Source: Sedimentisphaerales bacterium (GTDB lineage Bacteria; Planctomycetota; Phycisphaerae; Sedimentisphaerales; SM23-30). From it: a stretch of 64,000 bases of DNA. Shown piece by piece: positions 41,737 to 52,184 of the stretch. Each line of letters opens with the position of its first letter. Within the stretch, counting starts at the first letter, position 1. A program made the position numbers and the translations under genes. Where the stretch lies: assembly GCA_963663965.2 (NCBI GenBank), contig CAXXFK010000024.1, positions 82,959 through 146,958 of the forward strand, written 5' to 3'. The notes under the pieces are model-generated. The model ran no database searches and was not told the DNA's origin. It saw nothing but the letters and a program-made list of their open reading frames with translations.

Positions 41737-43653
41737 ATGTCAAAAATCATAGGAATTGACTTAGGAACAACAAATTCAGTAGTGTCTGTGTTAGAAGGTA
41801 GCGATCCAAAGGTATTGATTAACGTCCAAGGATCTCGATTGACTCCTTCAGTTGTTGCCTTTACGGATAAAGGAGAACGTCTGGTTGGCCAGATTGCCCG
41901 GCATCAACAGGTTACAAATCCTCATAATACGATTTTTTCTATCAAGCGATTTATGGGCCGGCGTCATCATGAGGTTTCGGCAGAAGAGAAACTGGTCCCA
42001 TACAAAGTAGTGGGCAATCCTGATGAACTGGTAAAGGTGGAAGTTCATGGAAAACAATTCACTCCGCCTGAGATCTCAGCAATTATACTTCAGGATCTGA
42101 AAAAAACCGCTGAAGACTATCTGGGCGAACCAGTCACTCAAGCAGTGATCACTGTACCGGCCTATTTCAATGATGCACAACGTCAGGCAACAAAAGACGC
42201 AGGAAAAATTGCTGGATTGGAAGTCAAACGAATTATTAACGAACCAACCGCAGCGGCACTGGCTTATGGTTTGGAAAAGAAGGCTAACGAAAAAATTGCC
42301 GTTTTTGACTTTGGCGGAGGCACATTCGACATCTCAATCCTTGATATTGGTGATAATGTCTTTGAAGTACTCAGTACCAATGGTGACACCCATTTGGGCG
42401 GTGATGATATCGACGAAATTCTAATCCATTTTGTCGCAGATGAATTTAAGAAAAAAGAAGGCATTGACCTGCGTAAAGATGCCATGGCCTTGCAACGGTT
42501 AAAGGAAGCCGCAGAAAAAACCAAGTGTGAACTTAGTTCTGCAATGGAATCGACCATTAATCTGCCCTTTATTACTGCAGATCAGAGTGGTCCCAAACAT
42601 TTGCAGATGTCGATTACACGAAGTAAATTCGAACAGTTAATCGAAAATGTAATTCAACGCCTCAAAACGCCATGCCTTAAAGCGATTGAAGACGCAAAAA
42701 TTTCACTCTCAAATATTGATGAAGTCGTTCTTGTTGGTGGCTCAACTCGTATTCCGAAAGTCCAGGCCCTGGTCAAAGAAGTATTCGGTAAAGAACCCAA
42801 TCGAAGCATAAATCCCGACGAAGTAGTCGCAGTGGGAGCTGCCATCCAGGGCGGCGTTCTGGCTGGGGATGCCAATGTAACCGGCATCCTCTTGCTTGAT
42901 GTGACTCCGCTATCACTGGGAGTCGAAACGCTCGGCGGAGTTATGACTAAATTAATCGAACGAAATACGACTATTCCAACTTCAAAAAAGGAAATTTTCA
43001 GTACTGCCTCAGATAGCCAGACCTCTGTGGATATCCACATTCTTCAAGGCGAACGCGAATTCGCTAAAGACAATAGAACCCTGGGGCGTTTCCAGTTATC
43101 TGACATTCCTCCCGCCCCACGCGGTATTCCACAAATTGAGGTCTCATTCGATATCGACGCCAATGGTATCCTCAATGTTACAGCGAAAGACCTGGCTACC
43201 AGCAAACAACAAAAAATCGAAATTAAAGGGTCTTCCGGTCTCAGTGATGATGAGATCAGTCGCATGACCCATGAAGCAGAAGAGCATTCCGCTGAAGATA
43301 AGAAACGACGGGAATTGGTTGACCTGAAAAATCAAGCCGATCAAATCATCTATCAATCTGAAAAAACACTTAAAGAGTACGGCGAAAAAGTTCCCGCTGG
43401 AGAACGAAGCCAGATTGAATCAGCAATTAACAATCTGAAAGACGTTGCCAAAGGCGATGATGCGGAAGCGATAAAGCGGGCAATTGATAATATCAATACC
43501 TCCATGCAGTCTATTGGAAAAATCATGTATGAACAAGCCGCTCAGCAGCAAACAGCAGCCGGCGGCGTTGAGCCGGACGCAACGGCTCCTTCAGGCGACA
43601 ATCCTCCTAAAGGCGATGATGATGTCATTGATGCCGAATACGAAGTAAAATAA
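41737..43653 (+). CDS. dnaK: Hsp70 chaperone
   Basis: [33 protein letters not shown] and the terminal DAEYEVK. Confidence 0.99.
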   Translation: MSKIIGIDLGTTNSVVSVLEGSDPKVLINVQGSRLTPSVVAFTDKGERLVGQIARHQQVTNPHNTIFSIKRFMGRRHHEVSAEEKLVPYKVVGNPDELVKVEVHGKQFTPPEISAIILQDLKKTAEDYLGEPVTQAVITVPAYFNDAQRQATKDAGKIAGLEVKRIINEPTAAALAYGLEKKANEKIAVFDFGGGTFDISILDIGDNVFEVLSTNGDTHLGGDDIDEILIHFVADEFKKKEGIDLRKDAMALQRLKEAAEKTKCELSSAMESTINLPFITADQSGPKHLQMSITRSKFEQLIENVIQRLKTPCLKAIEDAKISLSNIDEVVLVGGSTRIPKVQALVKEVFGKEPNRSINPDEVVAVGAAIQGGVLAGDANVTGILLLDVTPLSLGVETLGGVMTKLIERNTTIPTSKKEIFSTASDSQTSVDIHILQGEREFAKDNRTLGRFQLSDIPPAPRGIPQIEVSFDIDANGILNVTAKDLATSKQQKIEIKGSSGLSDDEISRMTHEAEEHSAEDKKRRELVDLKNQADQIIYQSEKTLKEYGEKVPAGERSQIESAINNLKDVAKGDDAEAIKRAIDNINTSMQSIGKIMYEQAAQQQTAAGGVEPDATAPSGDNPPKGDDDVIDAEYEVK

Positions 43654-43715
43654 GCCTGTTTTCCAACCAGCGACTGGCTACTATTTCATTAGACAGTCCT
43701 GTTTAACATACACCA

Positions 43716-43741
43716 GGGGCCTCCAAGGCCCCACTTTTTTT
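43716..43741 (+). terminator. Intrinsic terminator after dnaK
   Basis: GGGGCCT-CCA-AGGCCCC followed by AC and T7. Confidence 0.85.
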
Positions 43742-43811
43742 ATATAAAATCGTGCTATTTCATGTTATCATTTTGCTATCTTGAAAGAAATAACGATACA
43801 GGATTTACGAT

Positions 43812-44192
43812 ATGACATCCATAACCATCAGATCGAATAAGCATGAATTCTCTGCTGATCTTTATGATACGCCTACCGCAGCTGCCATCGCTAAAATATT
43901 GCCAATTCAAGGAACAATCAATCGCTGGGGTGGAGAAATCTATTTTACCATACCGGCTCATCTTCCCCTGGAACCTGACAGTCGCGCCACGCTTACGCCG
44001 GGTGAACTGGGGTATTGGCCAACAGGCCTGGCTTTCTGTATATTCTTCGGCCCAACTCCCGCATCTAAAAACTCTGAACCCAAGGCTGCTTCACCAGTCA
44101 ACATATTTGGAAAAATTAATGGCCCCTTGGAGAATCTATGGCAAATCAAAGAAGGTTCGCCAATTGAAATTGAACTAATTGATTATCTATGA
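43812..44192 (+). CDS. Cyclophilin-like fold protein (TM1367-like)
   Basis: RWGGEIYF, GELGYWP, FCIFFGPTP and SPVNIFG. Confidence 0.75.
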   Translation: MTSITIRSNKHEFSADLYDTPTAAAIAKILPIQGTINRWGGEIYFTIPAHLPLEPDSRATLTPGELGYWPTGLAFCIFFGPTPASKNSEPKAASPVNIFGKINGPLENLWQIKEGSPIEIELIDYL

Positions 44193-44929
44193 ATCTAATA
44201 ATTCTGGAACCTGGTGAAATTAATAAAGATGGTCGATGTGTCCTGTCTGATGATCGTGCCCAACATATTGCTTCGATATTAAAACCAAGGCTGAATGATC
44301 TGATCGAAATTGGGGTTGTAGATGGTTGCCAAGGTGTTGGCCGAATCATATCCATCGAATCCAACAGAGTTGAATTCCAATGTTTATGGCATCCAGAATC
44401 TCATCCTGAACCACCCATTATCGACATCATTTGTGCCCTGCCCCGACCGCAAACACTTAAAAAAATTCTGCACACCGTTGCGGCTATGTCTGTTCGACAT
44501 CTCTATTTGATTCGTGCCAATCGCGTCGAAAAAAGTTATTTTCATTCTCCTTTGCTACAGGAATCCAACTATCGCAAACATCTCATTGAAGGGCTTAGTC
44601 AGGGGAAAGTAACAAAAATACCATCCATTTCGTTACATGATAAGTTTCGCAATTTTTTCGAAGATTACCTGCCTAAACAGATAAATTTTCAAGCCAGTAC
44701 CAAACTGATAGCAGATCCGGATACGACATACAAAGTTTCTCATAATAGGACGAAACCGCCTGTAATTCTGGCTATTGGACCCGAAGGCGGTTGGGTGCCT
44801 TTTGAGCTTGAAATGATGGAACATATTGGATTCAAAAGGTTTATGCTGGGGCCCTGGATATTGCGGGTTGAAAACGCCCTGGTTGCCGCTTTAAGCCAGA
44901 TCGAACTGACATTGGATCGCTCCGTTTAA
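44189..44929 (+). CDS. rsmE: 16S rRNA m3U1498 methyltransferase (SPOUT)
   Basis: ALPRP, IGPEGGW and LGPWILRVENA. Confidence 0.9.
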   Translation: MNLIILEPGEINKDGRCVLSDDRAQHIASILKPRLNDLIEIGVVDGCQGVGRIISIESNRVEFQCLWHPESHPEPPIIDIICALPRPQTLKKILHTVAAMSVRHLYLIRANRVEKSYFHSPLLQESNYRKHLIEGLSQGKVTKIPSISLHDKFRNFFEDYLPKQINFQASTKLIADPDTTYKVSHNRTKPPVILAIGPEGGWVPFELEMMEHIGFKRFMLGPWILRVENALVAALSQIELTLDRSV

Positions 44930-45033
44930 TGGTAAACCTCATGTAAATTGCAATATTCCAGGTTGTTTATCGTCCTGAATTAAGATAGAATCAAACTTTA
45001 GAATAGATAATATTTTATAAAAGGGAAAGAGCC

Positions 45034-45936
45034 ATGAAATTTCATTGGTTAACTAACTTTACTATTTACCATGGAAAATTAACTTTGATGTTAGAATCGA
45101 GTTTATTTATAGCACTGATATTTTCCTGTCAGTTGACACATGCCGGGATTACTCCGGATTTCACGCAACCGGAGTCCTCTCAAGAGATAAAAACTGAACC
45201 CGTCATAAGTGAAATCGATACAATTTTGCATAAGATTGAACTTCAGGGTGACAAACTCAAAAGTTTTCAGGCACAAATGACTTATGAACTCACCCAGCAG
45301 ATCACCAGCACTAAAATTGTGCGAAACGGAGAACTTTGGTATCAGGTTGATGAAAACAGCATCCAGGCGAAAATTCATTTTGACGATCACCTGCAATATG
45401 ATCTGGATGATGAGCCGGATGAACGCCCTAAACCGGTTAAATATAATGAAGATTATACCTTTGACGGCCAATGGTTAACACGTCGTAATGAACGGACAAA
45501 AATGATTCAAAAATGGGAAATAGCTAAAAAAGATTGGTCGCGCGATTCTTTCCGCCTTGGACAGGGCCCTTTTCCATTGCCGTTTGCCATCCGTAAACAA
45601 GATGTGATTAACCATTTTGAAATTCAATTGATTCCTCCTGTGGCTGCTCTGGAAAAGCTCTATCCAGCGGTTAAAGACACCGATCACTTGCAGCTAAAAC
45701 CCAAAGCAGACAGTCCATACGCCAAAGATTATCACACGCTGGATATCTGGGTCTCAAAAAAACTGTCCATCCCCACCCAAATCAGTTACAGCAATAAAGA
45801 ATATGAAATTACCACGGTTTCCTGGAACAGGATTGAACTAGACAAACCGTTAAAGCCTGAAATCTTTCAATTGAAAAAAACAGGATCCGGTTGGACGGAA
45901 GAAACGCATCCGCTGGAAGAAGATACTCACAAATGA
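45034..45936 (+). CDS. Exported LolA-like fold protein
   Basis: Signal-like N-terminus; LKSFQAQM, G.LWY, FDGQW, GPFPLPF and LQLKPK pattern. Confidence 0.55.
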   Translation: MKFHWLTNFTIYHGKLTLMLESSLFIALIFSCQLTHAGITPDFTQPESSQEIKTEPVISEIDTILHKIELQGDKLKSFQAQMTYELTQQITSTKIVRNGELWYQVDENSIQAKIHFDDHLQYDLDDEPDERPKPVKYNEDYTFDGQWLTRRNERTKMIQKWEIAKKDWSRDSFRLGQGPFPLPFAIRKQDVINHFEIQLIPPVAALEKLYPAVKDTDHLQLKPKADSPYAKDYHTLDIWVSKKLSIPTQISYSNKEYEITTVSWNRIELDKPLKPEIFQLKKTGSGWTEETHPLEEDTHK

Positions 45937-46281
45937 CCTTCTATTTCCCTTTCTTTGTAAAAAGTTCTATTGCCTTATCACTCATTTAACATCTCAGTAC
46001 TCAATATAACTACAATATCTTGAGTTATAAAGTGTTTTGTCTTATGTTAAGCGACGGATACAGGGAATTATTTTTATAAATCTATGGTTAACACGGGATT
46101 ATCAGCGGATTTTCAACATTTTTTCAAAAATTCTGTTATAATTGTCAAAATCTCCGGGACATAGTTATTGAAAATCAAGTTCAACTACACCAAGAATTCA
46201 GAATTAACTTGAAAGTTTTTTTCATTTGACATCACTAGCCATGTGAAATGCTGTTTAATTCATTTATTGCAGGAGGTTACT

Positions 46282-49200
46282 ATGATTAAAAACAGATCGT
46301 ATTTGTTGGGACTGCTTGCCGTTATGTTTGTTTGCTTCGGTACAGTCCATGCGCATTGGGTGCCGGAAGATGGCCATAAAATGCATTTTCCGCAAACACC
46401 CGGAGACTTCAGCTGGGATATCTGCATGAACGATATCGCCCTGGCGGACGATTTTCAGTGCAGTGAAACCGGCGCTATTACGGATATCCATTTTTGGATT
46501 TCCTGGAAGGATAATATTGTCAGTGAAGCGATTCGCTGGAATGTATGGATTTACAGCGACAATGAAGGCAAACCCGGTGTGCCGTTATGGCGCTTTAAAG
46601 AAGGAAAAATCGCCTATCGTATGGAAGAACCAATGCCCCAGGGCTGGTTATGCCCGGTGAAACCGGAAATTTTGCCGGATAACCACAAGGCCTGGGCGCT
46701 GGTTAATATTACCGAAATTGTTGAACCCTTTGAGCAAGTTGAAGGTAAAGTATATTGGCTGGTTTTACATGCCTCCATGCCGATCTACAAGGAAAATACC
46801 CAGTTGATATCCCCCCCCCATGTTGGCTGGAAAACTGCCGGTAATCACTGGCGATCTCCAATGCTATGGTCTAAATGGCCGGTCACTACCACCGATATGG
46901 AATGGCAAGGAATGCCGTTAAATACGCTGATCGATGGTGCGTTTGTGATAAACGGCCCGGAAGCTCCCCCTGTCCGGCTGTGGGATTTTGGCGATGCCCC
47001 GGAAATCGATCCCCGGATTATGGATCCGATCGCAGAAGACAGTGGATCATCCGGATCGGGCAGCGGTTCAGCGCCGATTGTCTGGCCGACATTTGATTAT
47101 CCAACCACACTGGAGCGTGACGGCGCCCGCCACCTTTATAATCCGTCGGTATTTCTGGGCAATCCATTAACCGATAATATCCAGATCGATACTGAACCGG
47201 ATGGCCTGCCGAACCTGGCGGCCAGTGGTGATGATAACAACCAAGTTGATGATGAAGAAGGCGTTATTTTCCCGGAATTTCTCTGGGAAGAACAAGACGC
47301 CAAACTGGTGATCTGGGCCTCGGTTAATAATGGGTATTTAAACGCTTGGATTGACTATAATGCCGATGGCGACTGGGATGATGCCGGTGAACGGATTTTT
47401 GCCGGTGAACCCCTGGTCAGCGGCGAGAATGTTCGAGTTATTTCGGTACCTAACGCGTATCATGGCGACGCCAGAAGTTATTATACCTACGCGCGGTTCC
47501 GATTCAGTCTTGAGGAAAAACTCAGTTATCGTGGACCAGCCGGTAGCGGTGAAGTGGAAGATTATCGAATTCTGATCCAGAATGTCGGTGAACCGAAGCT
47601 TGACTTTGGTGATGCCCCGGAAGTGACTGTTCCCGAAGATGGCAGTCTGATTTCACTGTTCCCCACCACCCTGGCCCGTGATGGCGCACGCCACAAAATC
47701 GTTAATAGTATTCGACTGGGACGAGCTATTGATGGTGAACTGGATGGCCAGCCATCTCTGGACGCACTGGGAGATGATAACGCCGATGTAGATGATGAAG
47801 ATGGTGTCTATTTTGTCACACCACTGATGGCCGGTGAAGAAGCGAAGCTGAAAGTCATCGCTTCGGCAGACGGGTTTCTTAATGGTTGGATCGATTTTAA
47901 TCTGAACGGAAAATGGGACACCAATGTCGAACAGGTATTTGCAGACCAGAAGCTGATACCGGGCGTTAATGAACTGGTTATTTCGGTGCCGCTACTGACC
48001 AATAGTAATTTTGGTCCGGCATTCAGCCGGTTCCGCTTCAGTTCGCAGGAAGGACTCAGCTTTACTGGACTGGCTGAAAATGGTGAGGTAGAAGATTACC
48101 TGGTTAAGATTGTCCCACCGCAGCCTGACCTGGATTTTGGTGACGCTCCGGAATGGCGTTGCGATGATCCGAGCGTGGCACGCTGCAACAGTTATCCCAC
48201 TACCCTGGCCCGTAACGGCGCCCGTCATATTATCCATCCGGAAATTCATCTGGGTGAGTTGATCGACCAGGAAGCCAACGGCCAGCCGACCAATCCGGCG
48301 GATGGTGACGATCTGGCTGGTCTGGATGATGAAGACGGCGTTAAATTCGTCACGCCGTTGATTCCGGGCTTCCCGGCGAAGATCGCGGTATCAGCTTCCA
48401 CAGAAGGGAAACTGGATGCCTGGATCGACTTTAACGCCGATGGTGACTGGGATGATGACGGCGAACAGATCTTTGCATCCGAAGCGTTAAACGCCGGGGT
48501 GAATGGTCTGGAGATCAATGTACCGGATTATCCTGACGCGGTACCGTCTGACCGGCCAACCTATGCCCGGTTCCGTTTCAGTACGACAGGTAACCTGACC
48601 TGCGCCGGGCTGGCGCGTGATGGTGAAGTGGAAGATTATATGGTCAAGATTGTTGAAGCGCCTGAGCGGGCGGCCGATCTGGGTGACGCTCCGGATAGCA
48701 CCAATACATTTGGCCAGCAGATGTTCGCCTATCCATCTCAAGGGATGCTGACGGTTATGGTACCGGCCAATTATCCAACGGTTTATCGTAAAGGCTCGCC
48801 TCCGTTCGGGCCGATTCACCGAAATCCAGAGAAAATCGCGTTCCTGGGTGAAGGCGTCAGTCTGGAACAGGAAGCCGATTATGGCTTCGATGAAGATGGT
48901 GTGAATAACATCGTGCCGTTGAAAGACGCCAAGGATCTTGATAAGGCGGACGATGGCATTCAGGTACCGCTGGTATTGCCCCAGAACCGGCCGACACGGT
49001 TTGATTACCTTGTCACGGTGGTTGAGCCGGCAAGATTGCTGTTTGTAAATGCCTGGTTTGACTGGAACCGTGACGGTGACTGGGATGATATTATTAATGC
49101 GGGCCGGCCAAATGATACTACAGATCATCGCGGCTGGGCCCCGGAATGGGCGGTCCGCAACCAGGTACTCTGGTGCCTGGAACCAGGTGTGCATAGTATC

Positions 49201-49500
49201 ACCAGTCCATGGTTTATCAGTCATCATCCCGATGTGTTGGCGGATGGCACTTCGTACCCGATCTGGATACGGATTACCCTGTCGGAAAGACCTTGGGAGC
49301 CGTGCATCACTCCGAATAGTATCAAAGGCATCGGCGGTTCCGGACCGGCGAAGGGCTACTGGATTGGCGAGACCGAAGATTACTATTTCCGGCCAATCGT
49401 CAAACGCCCGCAACATGCTGATCTGGATGCGGATGATCGTATTACCCTGGAAGATTTCGCGCTCTTTGTCGAGCAATGGTTAACTGAGCCGACTGAGTAG
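46282..49500 (+). CDS. Exported protein with four GEVED repeats and a C-terminal EF-hand/dockerin-like motif
   Basis: AGGAGG RBS and signal peptide; repeats D(F/L)GDAP...GE(V/T)EDY at about 46981-47565, 47602-48099, 48133-48639 and 48676-49383; tail ADLDADDRITLEDFALFVEQWL. Confidence 0.85.
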   Translation: MIKNRSYLLGLLAVMFVCFGTVHAHWVPEDGHKMHFPQTPGDFSWDICMNDIALADDFQCSETGAITDIHFWISWKDNIVSEAIRWNVWIYSDNEGKPGVPLWRFKEGKIAYRMEEPMPQGWLCPVKPEILPDNHKAWALVNITEIVEPFEQVEGKVYWLVLHASMPIYKENTQLISPPHVGWKTAGNHWRSPMLWSKWPVTTTDMEWQGMPLNTLIDGAFVINGPEAPPVRLWDFGDAPEIDPRIMDPIAEDSGSSGSGSGSAPIVWPTFDYPTTLERDGARHLYNPSVFLGNPLTDNIQIDTEPDGLPNLAASGDDNNQVDDEEGVIFPEFLWEEQDAKLVIWASVNNGYLNAWIDYNADGDWDDAGERIFAGEPLVSGENVRVISVPNAYHGDARSYYTYARFRFSLEEKLSYRGPAGSGEVEDYRILIQNVGEPKLDFGDAPEVTVPEDGSLISLFPTTLARDGARHKIVNSIRLGRAIDGELDGQPSLDALGDDNADVDDEDGVYFVTPLMAGEEAKLKVIASADGFLNGWIDFNLNGKWDTNVEQVFADQKLIPGVNELVISVPLLTNSNFGPAFSRFRFSSQEGLSFTGLAENGEVEDYLVKIVPPQPDLDFGDAPEWRCDDPSVARCNSYPTTLARNGARHIIHPEIHLGELIDQEANGQPTNPADGDDLAGLDDEDGVKFVTPLIPGFPAKIAVSASTEGKLDAWIDFNADGDWDDDGEQIFASEALNAGVNGLEINVPDYPDAVPSDRPTYARFRFSTTGNLTCAGLARDGEVEDYMVKIVEAPERAADLGDAPDSTNTFGQQMFAYPSQGMLTVMVPANYPTVYRKGSPPFGPIHRNPEKIAFLGEGVSLEQEADYGFDEDGVNNIVPLKDAKDLDKADDGIQVPLVLPQNRPTRFDYLVTVVEPARLLFVNAWFDWNRDGDWDDIINAGRPNDTTDHRGWAPEWAVRNQVLWCLEPGVHSITSPWFISHHPDVLADGTSYPIWIRITLSERPWEPCITPNSIKGIGGSGPAKGYWIGETEDYYFRPIVKRPQHADLDADDRITLEDFALFVEQWLTEPTE

Positions 49501-49540
49501 CGCATCGATTACTATTGAATGCTCTCTAACTTTCGACTAT

Positions 49541-49575
49541 ACCGGCCAGGGCAGGCCCGCCCTGAGCCGGTTTTT
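49541..49575 (+). terminator. Intrinsic terminator after the GEVED gene
   Basis: ACCGGC-CAGGGC/GCCCTG-A-GCCGGT stem followed by a T run. Confidence 0.8.
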
Positions 49576-49878
49576 CGCTGCCAGTGAGACCGACTTAATC
49601 CAAATTCGGCACTTAGCCCAAATACCCAGCGGACAATACCGTTATCGATCGGTCCGCTGAAAAATCTTCTTATTCAGTTCGATATATTATACTGCTTACG
49701 ATTGAAAATGCCCGCTGGGCCGTGATATAAGTTCTACACGGGTAAATACTTATCTTGCGAGTGATCGGGAATTTTCATACCCATTGGGTATAGAATGTGA
49801 CTGAATACTATTCAGAGAAAACAATTTTAAACAAAAATATGATCGGAGAATTTATTTAAACTTTTTGGAAACTTCTAT

Positions 49879-50877
49879 TTATGGCCTGGTTATTTTGTCA
49901 ATAACCGGGGTACAAAGCTGGGCAAGAATCAAGGCAGTCATATCCGGTACAGGTAGCTGAGTATAATTACGAATTATTACAATGAATAATCCAATTAAAA
50001 TTCCATAGCATGCCTGACCTGAATGAGTAACTGGACGCGCAAGAGAATCGATTGACGTGATAAATAAGATAAATACCAGTACCCCAGAAAAGTATTGGTA
50101 CCCGAGCCAGGTCAAACCAACATCTAATCCCTGTGCGACTATCGGGATATTGATGTAACGACCCTCTTTAGCAGATACAGGTAAAACAGACATTCCAATA
50201 AGAAAAACGATTGATCCCCATAATACCAAACGTCCGCTGAAATATCCTCGGTAAAGCAAATACATTCCACATATAATCAGTGCGAATCCAGAACCCATAC
50301 CGATATAGGTTGCCTGAGGATTTTTTAATATTAAATTTCCTAACACAGGTAGATTACGTGTCAATAATATATCTAATTGTGGCGTTTGGCCATCCCATGT
50401 TAATCCAGGCAATTTTCGTAACAGATTCAGTGTCGTATCCGCCGTTGATTCTGAAAGAGTCCAATGAACCAATATGCTCCCTAATACAGCCCCATTGATC
50501 TGACTGACTCGTAAAAACGAACGAGATATAAGACTTCCCATATGTCCGGCTACAATGCCGCCGGCCACCAGATACCATGGACATACAATGGGCAAAAGAC
50601 ACACATATAATAAGCCGGTCACCGCATAATACCAGTATCCTCCAACTGTTAAAATTCCAGGATTCTGGCAACGTACATAGCCAAATACCCATAACAGAGA
50701 GCAGCCGATTCCTAAAGCGATTTTGAACACAGCCTGCCATCCGTAAAAATAAACTCCAATGACACACGGAATTGACAGTAGAACGAGTTGAGTAATATAT
50801 ATCTGCTTAAATGTTTCCGGAACTGGGCGGAAAGGGGCATATAAGTTTAAATGATATACTTTATCAGTGTTTTTCAT
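49879..50877 (-). CDS. RnfD/NqrB-like membrane protein (degenerate)
   Basis: GVYFYGWQA, AVTGLL...LP, YLLYRG and RPVTHSGQACYGILIG...IIRNY...P; ATGA overlap with the rnfC-like gene. Confidence 0.75.
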   Translation of the reverse strand: MKNTDKVYHLNLYAPFRPVPETFKQIYITQLVLLSIPCVIGVYFYGWQAVFKIALGIGCSLLWVFGYVRCQNPGILTVGGYWYYAVTGLLYVCLLPIVCPWYLVAGGIVAGHMGSLISRSFLRVSQINGAVLGSILVHWTLSESTADTTLNLLRKLPGLTWDGQTPQLDILLTRNLPVLGNLILKNPQATYIGMGSGFALIICGMYLLYRGYFSGRLVLWGSIVFLIGMSVLPVSAKEGRYINIPIVAQGLDVGLTWLGYQYFSGVLVFILFITSIDSLARPVTHSGQACYGILIGLFIVIIRNYTQLPVPDMTALILAQLCTPVIDKITRP

Positions 50878-52184
50878 CGACTACGAATACGATTCTTTGC
50901 TTGAAGAATTTTATATAATATTGGCAGATTGGATGGACATACATAGGAACATTGCCCACATTCAATGCAATCAAACAAGCGTCGGTCTGTCGCGCGATCA
51001 AACCTTTTTTCTTTGATCAGCCGATAGAGCGCTGCCGGATCAATTCGCGCGGGACAGGCATCGATGCACCTGCCGCATCGGATACAGGTGTGACGTTTGA
51101 AGTTTCCTTTGTTTTTTAACGCGATAAATGCTTCATCCACCACTCCGATAACGGTTTCTTCTCGATTGACTCGGTTGCCTGTCATAGAAGAGCCAGCCAC
51201 AATGACCTCTGTTTGATTATCTACTTCTGATAGCGCCAATAGATAAGATAACGGAGTTCCGATGGGAACAAAATAATGAGCCGGTCGATTGGCAGCATCG
51301 CCACAAATAGTAATTAACCGCCAACTGCCGGGAGATTGACTGAAAAAGGCTCGTTCGACATGAAACAGCGTTTGAAGGTCAAATACGGCCACATCAAGTT
51401 TTTGTTTGCGATGATTACGGATATAATGCTGCTTTTTCAACGTCTGAATAATTGAACTATCCCGTCCCTGTGGGTATTTATCAGTAACTGGCGCACAGCA
51501 TACCTGCCACTGTTCGGCGGGTGAAGTGTCAATAGAGAAATAATAAGGATAGGCCATAATGGCTTTATCGGCATTGAGCCAACGTTTTAATATTGATAAT
51601 CCAGTAAAAATCTGTGGGGCATGGTTTTTCAGCAACGCCGAAGGCAAAGATTGTTCCGGTTCCAGACTGGCAGCATTGGCGACAACCGTTCCAACGGATT
51701 CAGCCGCCTGTTCAAGCAGCCAATGAGCCAGGCGCTGACCGCTGCGTGTATGAAACAGATTCATGATTTCAATCGTATTAAAGACGGTATCCTTATCAGA
51801 GAAATCAGCTGCCTTGAGTTCTTCCGAGTCGTGACGTGTCTTATCGGTATCTGGAAAATATTCCAAAGCGGGCAGGTTATTATGACCATGAATATCAACT
51901 GAAACTATTTTTCCAGTTTTTCCTGATATGGGTGCATAGACACGATATCCATCGGCCTGTTTCACAATTAATTGGTCTTGTTGATATTGAGCGCCAACCG
52001 GTGGCGTATCAGACAGATCAGAACAGACCATTCCAGGCTGAACCAAAGGCAATAACAAACGCGATGGAAGCAGTGGATAGAGAATCTCTGCTGCCGGTAA
52101 TGTACCCAATAGCGGTAGATACAAACCCCCCGGGAAATCTTTTTCTATTTTTCGATAAGAACCTAATCCGAACATATGTCTCAA
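50874..52184 (-). CDS. RnfC-like 2x[4Fe-4S] protein with degenerate flavin/NADH motifs
   Basis: FPGG, YAPISG, KYPQG, VPIGTP, CIRCGRCIDACP and CIECGQCSYVCPS; start may be the ATG at 52175. Confidence 0.8.
   Translation of the reverse strand: MRHMFGLGSYRKIEKDFPGGLYLPLLGTLPAAEILYPLLPSRLLLPLVQPGMVCSDLSDTPPVGAQYQQDQLIVKQADGYRVYAPISGKTGKIVSVDIHGHNNLPALEYFPDTDKTRHDSEELKAADFSDKDTVFNTIEIMNLFHTRSGQRLAHWLLEQAAESVGTVVANAASLEPEQSLPSALLKNHAPQIFTGLSILKRWLNADKAIMAYPYYFSIDTSPAEQWQVCCAPVTDKYPQGRDSSIIQTLKKQHYIRNHRKQKLDVAVFDLQTLFHVERAFFSQSPGSWRLITICGDAANRPAHYFVPIGTPLSYLLALSEVDNQTEVIVAGSSMTGNRVNREETVIGVVDEAFIALKNKGNFKRHTCIRCGRCIDACPARIDPAALYRLIKEKRFDRATDRRLFDCIECGQCSYVCPSNLPILYKILQAKNRIRSR

Noticed and set aside
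46981..49383. DNA repeats as a CRISPR array or mobile element
   Set aside because: They are diverged in-frame protein domain repeats, not repeat-spacer units
48487..49476. Long antisense ORFs (also 13432-14178, 14480-15136, 36999-37673, 23971-24483)
   Set aside because: Shadows of well-supported genes on the opposite strand, with no protein motifs
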